Origin: Vicugna vicugna | Lineage: Eukaryota | Direction: 5' to 3' | Assembly (NCBI GenBank): GCA_013265495.1 | Contig: MU061578.1 | Span: forward strand, 2,861,308 to 2,925,307 | DNA length: 64,000 nt | Shown here: positions 25,874-39,890 of the stretch, one piece after another | Position numbering within the stretch: the stretch's first letter is position 1 | Layout of the letters: each line of letters starts with the position of its first letter | The notes under the pieces: generated by a model | Told to the model about the DNA's origin: nothing | The model's database searches: none | Seen by the model: the letters and a program-made list of their open reading frames with translations, nothing else | Position numbers and translations under genes: made by a program

Positions 25874-28800
25874 TCATATGGCCTGTTCACCAGCATCCTG
25901 CCTCTGATTGTGACTAATGCCCACACAGCTGCCTCCTGGCCGGGCATCCAGGCTCTGCTGGTCACAGGAAAGCCCACAGGCCCAGGCCAGGCTAGGCTCC
26001 GAGCTCTGTGTGCTTCCTGTGAAGGCCAAGGGGTAGCCACCCCCGTAGCAGCCCAGGGCACAGTAGTCGCTGCTACTGTCCTCGGGCCGTGGGAGAGCTG
26101 GCCTGGTAGGGCTTGCAGGGACCCAGTCCTCCTGCGGCAGGTAGGCGGGCGGCTGCCCTCCCCACTCCATACGCCCTGCTGGCAACACATATGCTGGGAG
26201 GCCGGTGCTGGCCTCCTCCTCCTCTTCCAGGCCCCCTGACTGCCCGGCATCCGCTGGGTCATAGGTGAGCAAAGCAATGGCCTCCCGGACACCGGACTCC
26301 AAGGCTCCTCGTGGGGTCCCGGCATGGTCCTGGCTCGGCTGTAGACTGGCTCTCTGGGCCCCTATCCAGGTCTAGAACAGAGCATGGAGAGGAGGGAAGG
26401 CCTCAGGCAGCATGTTCAGGGCTCACCATGGGAGCAGCCTCCCCCACTTCTCCAGGAAGCTCTCCTGACATCCCGACATCCACACCCAGAGGCCAAGCAG
26501 TGCCTCTGCCTGAAACATTTGGTCTTCCCCACTTCCTGCCACCTACCAGTGCAGCCTCAGTACAGGACCCTGATTCCCTTCAAGCCCCTCACCACTCCCC
26601 CAGCGCAGGGCCCGGTGCCCACGGTGGCCTGAACCCAGGCGACAGGGACCGAGGGCTGATTGCCACTCCAGGCCCTCCCAGCAGCGGCAGAGACTGGGCA
26701 CCTCACCCTATCCTCCACTTACGACAGGAGATGCTGTTGGAACTGGCACTTTAGACCCAAGGCCGGCAGACCTGAACCCCTCTGTAGGGCCACAAGGGAC
26801 CCCCCTGCAAAAGGAAACTGCTCCCTAGGAGGGACTGGGAGTCTGCACCGAGTGCACCACAGACCACAATTTCCATCACAGCCCTGCCTCCTGGAGAGCC
26901 CCCTTGTGGCTCCAGAATGCCACCTGAGGCATCTAAATCACCCCTGGCAGGTACCATGGTTCTACAGAGAAGGGGCTGGGGGCAGATGACCAGTCCAGGC
27001 CATCAGAACCTTTACCCCACACGGCCCAGACAAAGCGCTCAGCTTTAAGCTTCAAATTCTATGTCTGGATGACAATCTTGAAAGCCAGACTCCCTGTTAC
27101 GAGAGAGAAGGGCCAGGCGGAAGGAAGCCATGCAGGGCCAGGAGGGGAGAGCCTGGGAAGAGTGGGTCCGTGGACCCCGGGAAGCTCTGCCTCCTGGGCT
27201 TTGCCCAGAGGGAGGGACCTGAGAGGGTGGGAACCTCCTGCCTCTGGAGCAGGAACCATAGGCCAGCAGGGAGGGTCTGACCCGCCCTTGGGTTGCTCTC
27301 AGCTTGCCCGGGGCCTGTGAGAGCCCCCAGGGCACTACGACGGGGACACGTAGAGTCAGCTCACTGGCCGCAATGCCAGGAGGGGCCGAGCACTCCACAG
27401 CGGCCACCAGAGCAGCCCAGGGACCAGGGAGGGCCCCGGGCACAAGAGCACAGGCACAAGAGGCCCTCCCCACGGCCACCAGACACAGGCGCCTTCAGAG
27501 AAGAAGGGACCAGATGCGTGGCTGTTGAAGACGGGCCCCCAGGTTGGCACCGTGAACTGACCGTTTGCCTCGAAAGGCTGCGGCAAACCAGAAGAGGCAG
27601 AGGTAACATCACAAGAACCTGCACATTATTTCCCCATCAACAATGGGATTAGAGCAGTTCTTCTGCCCGTATTTTAAACGGTCGTTTGCTTGTTTACTTG
27701 CTTTTTAACTGAAGTACAGTTGATTTAAAATGTTGTATTAGTTTCTGGTGTGCACGGAGGGCATTATGTTGAGGGAAATTAGTCAGACCGAAAGACAAAT
27801 ACTGTAAGATATCACATGTGGAATCTAAAAAAACACAGCAAACTAGTGAATATAACAGAAAAGAAACAGACTCACAGATGTGGAGAAGGAACTAGTGATC
27901 ACCAGCAGGGAAATGGAGGCGGGGAGGGGCAAGGTGGAGGCGGAGGAGTAAGAGGCACAAACCATCAGGTATAAAATAAGCTACAAGGATGTACTGTACA
28001 CCATGGGGAACAGAGCCATTTTATAACAACTATAAATGGAGTACAACCTTTAAAAATTGTGAATCACTGTATTGTATACCGTAACATATACTGTTGTACA
28101 TCAACTATATTTCAATTTAAAAAATGATACTGTAAAATAAATACATAAATGAATAAAGTTTTTAAAAAGGCAAGAAAAGAAGATTTGGTATATCATATAC
28201 AATGGAATATTACTCAGCCTTAAAAAGAATGAAATAATGCCACTTGCAGCAACATGGATGGACCTAGAGATCATCATACTAAGTGAAGTAAGTCAGCCAG
28301 AGGAAGACAGATATTATATGCTATTAGTTGTATGTGGAATCTAAAAAAAGGTACAAATTTTATTTACAAACCAGAAAAAGACTCACAGACATAGAAAACA
28401 AACTATGGTTACCAAAGGGGAAGAGAGGGGGAGGATAAGTTAGCAGTTTGGGATTAACAGATACACACTGTCCATATATAAAACAGATAAACAACAAGGA
28501 CTTATTGTATAGCACAGGGAACTATATTCAACTTCTTATAATGAGCTATAATGGAAAAATCTGAAAATATATATATATATATATATATATGTATAACTGA
28601 ATCACTTTGCTGTATACTTGAAACTAACATTGTAAATCAACTATAATTCAATAAAAAATAAAATTAAAAAGTAAAAACCAAACAAAAACAAAAAATGGAA
28701 TTAGAGACATGAGAACAAAAAGAAGTCAGCAGTTGAGAATAAAGCTCTTTTTTTTCCCATCTGAGCCACAGCGTATAAGTTTAGACCCACCATATATACC

Positions 28801-31800
28801 AGAAACGCCCAAAGCACTAACAAAGGCCCCCAGCCCTCACCGAAAGCCCACATCCTGGGCAGGCCAGAGATCCGGGCAACCCCTGCCCCGCCCCCAGCCC
28901 CTGCCCTGCCAGGGGGTCACGAACCTGGAAGTTCCCGTTGTGCACATTGTAGAGAGGCTGGAAGAACGGCCCCGGGGAGGGCACGTCCCGGTACAAGGTT
29001 GTCTTCATCCTGAGGCCAAGAGAGGACAGTCAGAGGCCTACAGAGACTGGGGGGCTCCTACCCAGGCCCAACTCCAGGAGGCCCGAGGTCACTGCAGGGA
29101 ACCTTGCTCCCCCCCAACCTCATCTGTGCTGCTGCCACACACCCCCCCCTCACTGGGTCCAGACCTTACGCCTGGCACCTGCGGTCTCCCTGGCTAATGA
29201 CCCCGTGGAACTGGCTTCTACCAAGACACATGTCTTTTCAAGGTGAGCTGTGATGGTGGGTTCCGGGGTGGGGGAGACCAGCTGTGTCCTCAAGTCACAG
29301 AGGAAACTGGCAACCTCCAGGAACCCCACTGTGCAGTAAGCAGACAGCTGCCTGCCCCGCCCGACTTCCCCCGAGCACCTGCTCCGCCTGCCCAGGACCC
29401 ACTGGTCTTCCCATGAGGACAGTGCACGAGGCTCCAACGTAGTAGGTCCAAGTCGACCTCCCCAACCTGCCCTGAGCCTGGCCCACCTCAGGGTGACATC
29501 AGGGGCCACCAGTCACATCTCATCCACTCACACATCCCATCAGTTTCTCTTCCTAAGACTCTGGCAGTTCCCTCCCTTGCTCCGTCTCCACTTCTCTCGC
29601 GAGCTCACACATGATCACCCCTCTCTGGACACTACCACTGGCCTCCCAAAAGCTCCTGCTCGACCACGTACACCACCAAAATCCATTCTCAAAACATGAA
29701 ACAGTTCACATCACACACTGACATGCTTCAAGTGCTGTCCTTCGATCCAAGGACATGCCTGACATCCTCCTGGACGTGCTGGCCCGCCCAGCTGGCTCTG
29801 CCCAGCACCTCCTCTCTCACCTGCCCCTGCTCTTTGTCTGACCCCCTCATTCTCTCTGTTACCTGTCTGCACCTGACCGATCTTCTCTGGGACCCCCTCC
29901 TTGATGATGCCGCCCCCCCCCCAATACCTGCTCTTGTAACCTGACATGTGTGATCGCCAATTTCAGGAGGGACTTTGTGTCCATCTGGTTCTTGGTGGCA
30001 TCCATCAGGGCTGGGAACAGGGTCCCGTGAAAACCAGATGCCCTGCACTGTGCTTTCATGGAACATGTTAACTAATGAGTGAACACCAAGCACCTCCAGA
30101 GGCAGGAGACAAGAACCTCAGGCGACTTGGCCCCAGTGCCTTGGGTCCAGGGCTCTCTTGGGCCAGACTGCCCCCCATACGCACCTGGCAACTTGGGAAC
30201 TCCCCGCGTCCAGGGCAGGGGCTTGACTACCCAACCCCATCCAGGACTGTGCGGGGAGGGGTTGTGGGTTTGGCCCTCAGTGCCCTGCCTACCACACACA
30301 CTCACACGCACTCACACTGACACACACTGACACGTACGATAACACATTCATGCCCAGGCACATCCTCCCACATACACCCCTGGCTACCGACCTGGGTGAA
30401 AGCTTGAAGAGCAGGTAGGTCAGGCTGGTCAGCAGCAGGAAGATGCACACAGCAACGAGGGTGCTGTCAGGCTGCCCCAAAGCTGGGGTCGGGGGACCTG
30501 TGAGCAGGAACAGCCCGGGGCTGTGTTCCTCCAAACCCGTGAGGCAAAGGCACCCGTACGAGTGGTGTATGACAGGCCTTGAAGGTTTGTGTCGCTTGCT
30601 AAAGCACCTTGGGTGAACCATGCACCCAGGGCCTCACCCTTCCCATCTGCAAGGTCAGTGAGCCTTCCTAGTACCTAGGGCACCAGGTCAGCCCAGCTCC
30701 CACTAAGGAAACGAGGCCACATCCAGGCTCCAGAGACAGAAGCACCAGGCCTGGCGGACAGCCCCTGGGCTGCACTTGCTCCCAGCAACAGCCACCAGCA
30801 GCAGGCTCCTGGGAAGGTGTGGCAGGTGATTCCTCTCTGCACGCCTCAGGGCATCTCTGGGTCATGACTGTCTCAGGGAGGGGTTCCAGGAGGGTGAAAG
30901 GGCGGGACCAGCAGGGGAGGGAGGGCCGACCTGGACCCCCAGAGGGCAGCAGTGTGGAAGTGCCCACCTCGTCTCTGGGGAGAGGGGAAGCACACGGGCT
31001 GGCTCCATTCGCTCCACTGGCCCTCATAACGCTCTTCCTCCACCACCTCGCCCTCCGCGGTGGCCATCTGGACACGCAGCCTGGCCTCATAGGTGGAACC
31101 AGGGTCCAACTCGACGGCTTCCAGGTCAAGCCGGGTCACCCCGACAATGTGACCCTTGTGCTGAGCCCGCTGTGGGGTTGAGGACAATTAGGAGATGCCG
31201 AGGGTGAGACTGGGTCCATCAGCCCTTGAGAACAGGTACACCCATGTGTGTGGGCATACTTACACACGCCCACAGGCACACGCTTATATTCATCAAGCCG
31301 CATGCACACTCACACTGAGCACACACAAACACGCTCACCACACTCTACACGCATACATTCATCATGGAGGCACACCCTGGGAACGCTCACACATACATTA
31401 ACGCACACGCAGGCACACTCATGCACAGACACACCTGTGTGCACACACACATGCACAGTCACACTCGCCACACTTGCACTCACATCTCCTTGGCTCTGGT
31501 CACCTTCCCTCCTCATAGTTCCAAGTTGACATCACCCTAGGTGGGATGAGGAGCGGCCCTGGGCCACTGCTCCCGGGAGAGAGAGGCCCCCAGGGTAGCA
31601 GGACCAACTGTTACCTCCCAGGCCTCTTCCTGCCTCTTGAAGGCCAGCTCGTAGCTAAGGAGCGAGGTCAGCGGCTCCAAGGCAGGACTGATGCTCCAAG
31701 TCAGGACACAGTGGTCAGAGCTGACATTGCTCTGCAAGTCAGAGGGAGGATCCAGCTTCACTGGAATGGAATGAAGCCACAAGAGGGTGTGTCAGTCAGC

Positions 31801-34800
31801 ACGACCAGGACGAGGGATCTGAGAGATTCCCAGGGGGAGGGGCAGGAAGAGGCATGGTCCAGGCCCTCTCAGAACAGGGGCCTCGCTGGGAGACTGGTCC
31901 TGAGAAGACCCAGGGGGTACACGACAGCAATGACTGTCCTCCAGCCCCTGCAGCCAGACAAGAGGAGTTTCAAATCTCGCCTTCCCTTTCTTTCATAAGC
32001 CGCTGCTGGAAGTGCTTCCTAGTGTCTTACTGAAGTCCTTCTTGCTATGATCAAAGTACATTTCAAGTGACTCAAACTGCAGCCCCTGCCAACTCAAAGC
32101 CCTGCACCTTCATCCTCCTCCAAAACCCTACCCCTCTAGCAACCTGTGGGCCCTCCCCTACTAGGGGCCTACCCTGCTCCTGACCCTGGAGCCAAGAGCA
32201 CTCACTGGGCCATGGGCAGCGTGGGCTGCAGACTCATGTAGCCAGGATGTTGGCAGCCAAGGCACCCCACTCCAGGCCTCACCATGTCTCCGGGGCAGGT
32301 ACTGTGGGTCCACCAGGCTGACCTGCTCCTTCCCAGAGATGTGACGGTGGAAAGTGATGCTGAAGTTGTCAGAAGGCACGAGCACCTCCTCAGGGGGCAG
32401 CAGCACAGTGCACACACTGGCCCGGAAGACACACCTGTGCTTGCTGCCTGGCACGTGGTTGCTGGAAAGGGCGTGTGTTGGCACCAAGGGGCCACTGAAC
32501 CAGCCTGGCCCCTGCTGCTGCTTCCATCACCGGGACCCTCCCCTCATCCCTGCCCTCCCACCTCACCTGGTGAAGAGGAGCCAGGGCTCGGCAGCCTGGC
32601 CCAGCTCTGGGGCGGACCAGCGGCAGTCAATCCTGAGGATGTTGTTGGAGTGACAGGTGAAAGTTCCAGCCCCCAGCCCTGGGAACAGTGATGCAGGGAA
32701 CCCACAGTGGATGCTTCAGGGCAGGGCTAGGGGAGGGGAGAGCCTGGCAGCTAACATCCTCTGACAGGGTGGTCCCCAGAGAATGAGCCCAGGGGAGTTT
32801 ATCCAGGGCAAGGCTGGGAGACCTGGACGGAGATGGGCTCTGACCCGTAGGATGGGGTGGGCTGAAGTCCCAGCCGACCTCAGGAAGACAGGTCCCAGTG
32901 CAGCTCAGACCATTCCTCAGGGGATTTGACAGAGGACAACCCTGCCCCACAGCTCTCCACTCACAGGCCTCACAGACACAGCTCCAGCCCTCACCTCCTC
33001 CTTCCCCTGGGACAGACCCTCCCGGGCCGACCCAGGCACAGATGCAGGTGCAGATCAGCAGCCAGGTGCCCATCTCTTGCATCAGGGCCTTGCTCTCGAG
33101 GGTCCAATCTGTAAGGGGCTGGGCTGAAGGGCTCTGTGTGAGGAGTGCCCCCCATGGGACCCTCCCCATGAGACACTTTCTGCAAGAATTGCACCCGAGC
33201 AGGTGCTCTGAGTGGGTCACCACCTACACCCTCACCCTGTCCTGTGAAGGAGGTTGGGCGCCAGTGTCCAAGCTGCACCGATGAGAAACTGAAGCTCAGA
33301 CTCAGGGGCCTCAAATTTAGGTCTCCTGAGGTTTCTGGGCTCTGAATCAGCCATGTGTCCAACTTTGCCCCCTGCAAGCCCAGATCCCATCCCTGTCCCT
33401 GGGCCCTGGCCGCACCCTGCAGGGGAGGCAGGGTTGAGGGAACAGGTTCACCAACAACAACGAACCACGGGCACGATCTGTCGGGCTCTGATGTCATACC
33501 TGTGCCGACTGTGCCGTGCACATTATGCACCTGAGTCCCCACAACAGCTGGGGGAGGTGGAGAGACTGCCCCTGTTCACAGACAAGGGCGCTACCAGGGC
33601 CACACAGCTACCTTCTCGTGTCCTCTCTCCCTCTTGTCTCCTTAAACAAAGACCTATCCCAGTGTTCCGCCTCAGGGACGTGGAGGAAGGGGGCAGTGGG
33701 GTATCCATGCAACAGTCCATGCAACTGTCACACCCCTGTCCCAAGGTGCCCTGCAAGGCTCTCAGTGCAGGAGTACCAGCCCCAAGGTCCCTGGGGGAGC
33801 CAGAGGTTAGCTGGAGACGGGGTTGGGGTGGAGGGTGGGGTGGTTAGGAAGCGCCTGAGTGTGAGGAGGCTGCTGACGTCCTATCACCCATTAGCAGCTC
33901 CAGATGGTGCACCGATAGCTCCTCAGCAGGAAGCAGGGCCAGCCCGGTTATGCAAGCCTGATGGGTGATAAGGAAGCAAAAGAGCAACAGACGTGCACAG
34001 ACCACAGCACGTAAGCCCTCAAGGAGCCCGTACACACTCCCCAGGTGGTAGACACAACTCCAACCCCAGCGCCGCTCCCAGAAGCCTGGCTGGATACCCA
34101 GAGACAGACTCCCATTAAGATCAACAGGCAGGAAGACCTCATCCTTCCCTAGAATGAAGCTGTGGCGAGTTTACCCGCCATGGCAGTTACTGGATGGAGA
34201 AGGGCAGCCTGGTAACAGCTCACTCCGGGGGTGTGAGGGCAGCATTAGAGAGGGTACCAGGATCTGGGGGAAGCTCGGACGCAGCAGCCACTTCCCGGCT
34301 AAGAGCGGACCCAGGCGGCACAGTGGATGGTCACTGCCCCAGTGCTGGAGGGACCCTGCCTCTGTGCAGAACGGGGCCAGCACAGACAGAGGCTGACTCG
34401 ACACATAGGCAGATGGCTCAAGAGCGTGGAGTAGGGTGGCCCCAGGAGCAGGCGTGGGGAGGACAGGACCCACACAGGACACCTCAGAGGTATGGAGGAA
34501 CAGGCCCAGACCCACACATGGGCAGGGCTATGTGGCAACATGGCCATCTATGGTGTTGGTCCCTGCTCTTCCTCTGCAGAGAACACTTCCATCTCAACCT
34601 AGCAAGCAGGGCAGGGAGGGGCCCCCACTCTCCTACAGATGAGGAAGCCGAGGCTCAGAGAGACCAGAGACTTGGCATAATTGGCAGCTGTCACCTCTGT
34701 TCTGGGCACACATCCCACCAACTCCCACATAAGCCTGTGAGCAACCCCCTCCCCAGGGCATTGGTCTCTCTCCTCAGGGCTCCGCGAGCAGGAGGAGGGA

Positions 34801-37095
34801 CGTTACTGAGGCAAGACCAACTCACCCTGGACAACAGACACGGGGCCAGGTGGAGCAGACAGCCCCAGCTGCACACCCCCTGGTTCTGGCAGAGGCACTC
34901 AGATGTCACAGGGAGCCCTCATCACAGCTCAGACACGACCAGATCACAGGATGGCTGTGCAAGCAGGAGGACGGGACCCAGCCTCTGGCCCCCAGGTCAG
35001 AACCGCCCCCTCACACCTCCAGTTCTGCTGGGGAGTGCGGCTGACATCCCCACACAGCACCGTTCCTTTCCCACCAGGCCTGAGGATGAGGCCTTCAGCA
35101 CATTGCCACTCTGGTCCCTTCTCACAACCACATCTCCTCCCTAGCCTCTGGGTCAAGGTCTGGCCCAGGTGACCACTGGGCCTCATAGCTTTCCTGGCCC
35201 ACCATAAAGTCATGGGCTGCCTTGTAGCCTGACCCCTGCCTTGGGACCCACAGACACTGCCGGACCCAGGGTGAGGTCTCCAGACAGACTTAGCCCCTCA
35301 CCCCCCACCCCTCCGCGCTCATACCTGCTGCCAGGCATAGCGCCTGGCCCGAGCAGGCCTCTGTCCCGGGCTCCCTGCGCACTACAGCAGAGCCTCCGAA
35401 TCGGCCTCATGCCGATTACTGCATCCACTCTCTGTGCCCCTCCACACAGAGTCTACTTTATAGTTTGTAAAGGTAAGGGAGTGGTACCCCCGCTATTCTC
35501 CCTACCCACCCAACAGAGGTGGACAGCAAAGAGGCTGCTATTTAAATAAGACACTCATCGAGCACTACCCTCTCTGCTGGGGGAGGAGGAAGAAATTCAG
35601 ACCCTGGTTCCCCAGAAGCAGCTGGAACCTGGGGGAGATGGGGACTGTGCCAAGAAACAAGGTTGGAAGTGGGAGCAGGTGCCACCTCCCACAGTGGACC
35701 ACTCAGGCGCCCATGGGCAACCCCTGGCCCTGTGGGCAGAAAGCGCTTCCCAGGTGGTGCAGACCAGGGGTGGGGCAGGGAGCAGGAGAGGTCAAGGCCG
35801 GAAGGCCAGTGGAGGGTGAGTGCAGATAAGGTACAGAGAGAGCAGAAGAGAGAGGCAGCACCAAGGAGCACTTTCATCTGCGTCCTGGGAGCACTGAGCA
35901 GGAGGGGCACCTGCATCTGCAGGACGCCAGGCTAGACTGAGGGGAGAAGAAAGGGCCAAACCCCAGGGGGCCTCAGGACAAGGGCAGAGATGGACAGGGG
36001 CCCAGGGCAGAGGGAGAAAGAGGGCTAAGGACGGATGTCAGAGGAGCACAGAGGGGGACAGGGGGCCTCAGGGTGAGGTCTCACACTGTCCCCTCTGCCC
36101 AGCTGCCTTCTGCATCATGCACCTTCATGAAGACCCCCTGAGTCCCCCAGTCTGTCTGGACACCCCTGAGCCAGGCCCAGCCAGCTGACAGGAGCCAGGA
36201 CACGGATAGTGGCGTCGGGCAAGGGCTGGAGTCAGGACACTGACACTGCTCTCCTAGGCAGCCTGGCGGTTAAGCGGAGGGAAATGATGCCCCTGCTCCC
36301 ACACCTGCCGAGTGGCCTCCTCTGCCAGCCACTCTCCCTGGCAGCCTTCCCTGCCCTAAGCAGCCCTGGCAGGGAAACTCAGTGCTGTGCCATCTCCTGC
36401 ATCAGGCTCCTCCAGGGCAAGAACTTGTCTGGTCTATGTTACGTCCCCTGCATCCAGCACCCCATCCCGAGCCTGCCCACAGACCTGCCATCACTTTGAG
36501 ACGGCGTTAATGCCTTCTCTGGAGGGGGCTCTGAAACATTATTTGAGCCCGAACCCTCTCCTCTCCTCCCTCTGCTTGGCTGAGTTGACCCTCCTGGAAT
36601 CCTACCCTCACCTGTTGCCCTGCCCACAGCTCCAAAGGGGGATCCACAGACTCGTGGCTCCTCTTCTGCCCTAAAGCCCCCCCAAAGGCATAGGGGATAG
36701 GAGGGGCCTTAGCAACCCTAGGCCAGTACACTGTCACAGCTCAGCCCACCCGGCCCCGAAACGTGCGCTCACCCTGGTCCCAGTAGAGGTTAGCATTAGA
36801 AACTGCCTGACAAACTCAGGGCCCCTCAGCCTTCCCGGAGGCACTCCCGACCCCTACAGGCCTGGAAATGACACAATCAGCGTTGCAAACCTGTTGCCTC
36901 CGGGGCTATGCCCAAGGCCAGGACACCAGAGGAAGTAAAACTAGAGGGGACTGCAAGTACCATGTCACCCACAGGCTCTTCCAGGGGCCCAGGGATGGCA
37001 GGCTACCCACCCCTGTCTCCCAGCGTTCACCCTGACTTGAGTGGTTAAGTCCAGATTACAGACTCACCTTCCCAGACGCACCTGCTAGGTCCCAT
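25874..37095 (-). CDS. IL9R: Interleukin-9 receptor, 9 coding exons, 489 aa, intact
   Basis: Exons 37095-37068 (MGPSRCVWE), 33108-32995, 32678-32567, 32461-32283, 31760-31615, 31169-30968 (WSEWS motif), 30497-30392 (transmembrane), 29009-28925 (VPSP motif), 26371-25874 (YLPQ STAT site, stop). All introns GT-AG and phase-consistent; total 1470 nt. Confidence 0.95.
27750..28700 (+). mobile_element. Two stacked L1 3' ends in IL9R intron 8
   Basis: Two copies of the L1 3'UTR (TGTGGAATCTAAAAAA...ACTCACAGA), each ending in an A-rich tail. (TA)n at ~28566-28590. Confidence 0.8.
31260..31480. repeat. CA-rich low-complexity tract
   Basis: Degenerate (CA)n run within IL9R intron 5. Confidence 0.7.
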
Positions 37096-38018
37096 AGCAA
37101 GTCTGATTGGCCCCCGACCCTCTAGACCTGGATGTGACTCGTCACCCTGCCGCCCCTGAGTTTGCAGTGAAGTCCTTCAGCCTGATTCAGGAGATAACTG
37201 CACCACCAGTGACGTGAGCCTCGCACGGCAGGCTGACACAGGCCGCCCACGTCTGAAACCACTAGCGCAGAGCAGAGCGGCCATCCCAAGTGAGGCCGGG
37301 CGACTGTCAGCACTGATCAGAAACCCCACCTTTCATTCCCCATGAACTGAAGGTCGCCAAACATGGACTTTGGTGATTCGCCCACTGATAGGTGGATGAG
37401 TGTCCACTGTGTTCCTCTCAAGAAACACCTCTGAGATGCATGAAACTAGCCCCAGGAGGTGAGGACCTTGCCCAGGAGCAGAGTGGCAGGTCTCACCTTC
37501 TAGGCTTTTCCGAGAGGCGTAGGCTCCCTTGCCGCCAGCTGAGGCCGTCGGTGAGCACTGGGATGGAGAGGGTGTTACACATAAAAGTTATGCAGTCTCA
37601 GTTAAAGGCAAACAAACAATACAAAAGGAAATAAAAAAATGGGAGTCCCCTTTGATCTCACCACAGAGGTAGCCCCTGTAGGAAGCAAGTCCCTCCAGAC
37701 AAGGTCTGAGCTCAACACATGCACACTTTTGATGGCCTCATACCTTGCTGTGAGCTTTGCAGCCTCCTTGTTCCTCCGGCTACTTTCAAAATTGTTCGAG
37801 GGCAGCGCATAGAAACCTACTGCACGCCTTTACTGGTAGTACACGCCACTTTAATAATCCTACTGATATAGGACTTAATAATAATATAATTTAATAATCT
37901 TACTGATGTACATTTGGATTGTTGCCTACAGATACTGTTAAAATTTTTTTGAGATATAACTGACCTAAACATTATATTCATCTTAGGTGCATCTATGCTA
38001 TTTTTAATGAAGGCATGG
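36148..38018. repeat. Tandem duplication copy 1 (1,871 bp; IL9R promoter and exon 1)
   Basis: Matches 38020-39890 at offset 1872. The ORF track gives identical peptides at that offset (e.g. 36209/38081, 37392/39264). Confidence 0.97.
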
Positions 38019-38019
38019 A

Positions 38020-39890
38020 CAGTCTGTCTGGACACCCCTGAGCCAGGCCCAGCCAGCTGACAGGAGCCAGGACACGGATAGTGGCGTCGGGCAAGGGCTG
38101 GAGTCAGGACACTGACACTGCTCTCCTAGGCAGCCTGGCGGTTAAGCGGAGGGAAATGATGCCCCTGCTCCCACACCTGCCGAGTGGCCTCCTCTGCCAG
38201 CCACTCTCCCTGGCAGCCTTCCCTGCCCTAAGCAGCCCTGGCAGGGAAACTCAGTGCTGTGCCATCTCCTGCATCAGGCTCCTCCAGGGCAAGAACTTGT
38301 CTGGTCTATGTTACGTCCCCTGCATCCAGCACCCCATCCCGAGCCTGCCCACAGACCTGCCATCACTTTGAGACGGCGTTAATGCCTTCTCTGGAGGGGG
38401 CTCTGAAACATTATTTGAGCCCGAACCCTCTCCTCTCCTCCCTCTGCTTGGCTGAGTTGACCCTCCTGGAATCCTACCCTCACCTGTTGCCCTGCCCACA
38501 GCTCCAAAGGGGGATCCACAGACTCGTGGCTCCTCTTCTGCCCTAAAGCCCCCCCAAAGGCATAGGGGATAGGAGGGGCCTTAGCAACCCTAGGCCAGTA
38601 CACTGTCACAGCTCAGCCCACCCGGCCCCGAAACGTGCGCTCACCCTGGTCCCAGTAGAGGTTAGCATTAGAAACTGCCTGACAAACTCAGGGCCCCTCA
38701 GCCTTCCCGGAGGCACTCCCGACCCCTACAGGCCTGGAAATGACACAATCAGCGTTGCAAACCTGTTGCCTCCGGGGCTATGCCCAAGGCCAGGACACCA
38801 GAGGAAGTAAAACTAGAGGGGACTGCAAGTACCATGTCACCCACAGGCTCTTCCAGGGGCCCAGGGATGGCAGGCTACCCACCCCTGTCTCCCAGCGTTC
38901 ACCCTGACTTGAGTGGTTAAGTCCAGATTACAGACTCACCTTCCCAGACGCACCTGCTAGGTCCCATAGCAAGTCTGATTGGCCCCCGACCCTCTAGACC
39001 TGGATGTGACTCGTCACCCTGCCGCCCCTGAGTTTGCAGTGAAGTCCTTCAGCCTGATTCAGGAGATAACTGCACCACCAGTGACGTGAGCCTCGCACGG
39101 CAGGCTGACACAGGCCGCCCACGTCTGAAACCACTAGCGCAGAGCAGAGCGGCCATCCCAAGTGAGGCCGGGCGACTGTCAGCACTGATCAGAAACCCCA
39201 CCTTTCATTCCCCATGAACTGAAGGTCGCCAAACATGGACTTTGGTGATTCGCCCACTGATAGGTGGATGAGTGTCCACTGTGTTCCTCTCAAGAAACAC
39301 CTCTGAGATGCATGAAACTAGCCCCAGGAGGTGAGGACCTTGCCCAGGAGCAGAGTGGCAGGTCTCACCTTCTAGGCTTTTCCGAGAGGCGTAGGCTCCC
39401 TTGCCGCCAGCTGAGGCCGTCGGTGAGCACTGGGATGGAGAGGGTGTTACACATAAAAGTTATGCAGTCTCAGTTAAAGGCAAACAAACAATACAAAAGG
39501 AAATAAAAAAATGGGAGTCCCCTTTGATCTCACCACAGAGGTAGCCCCTGTAGGAAGCAAGTCCCTCCAGACAAGGTCTGAGCTCAACACATGCACACTT
39601 TTGATGGCCTCATACCTTGCTGTGAGCTTTGCAGCCTCCTTGTTCCTCCGGCTACTTTCAAAATTGTTCGAGGGCAGCGCATAGAAACCTACTGCACGCC
39701 TTTACTGGTAGTACACGCCACTTTAATAATCCTACTGATATAGGACTTAATAATAATATAATTTAATAATCTTACTGATGTACATTTGGATTGTTGCCTA
39801 CAGATACTGTTAAAATTTTTTTGAGATATAACTGACCTAAACATTATATTCATCTTAGGTGCATCTATGCTATTTTTAATGAAGGCATGG
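38020..39890. repeat. Tandem duplication copy 2 (1,871 bp)
   Basis: Begins CAGTCTGTCTGGACACC and ends GAAGGCATGG, as copy 1 does. A single extra A at 38019 separates the copies. Confidence 0.97.
38940..38967 (-). CDS. IL9R: Second (distal) copy of IL9R coding exon 1
   Basis: ATG GGA CCT AGC AGG TGC GTC TGG GAA G|GTGAGT, identical to 37095-37068. Confidence 0.85.

Noticed and set aside
34194..35144. 316-aa plus-strand ORF in IL9R intron 1
   Set aside because: GC-rich, runs through a MIR fragment and has no recognisable domain.
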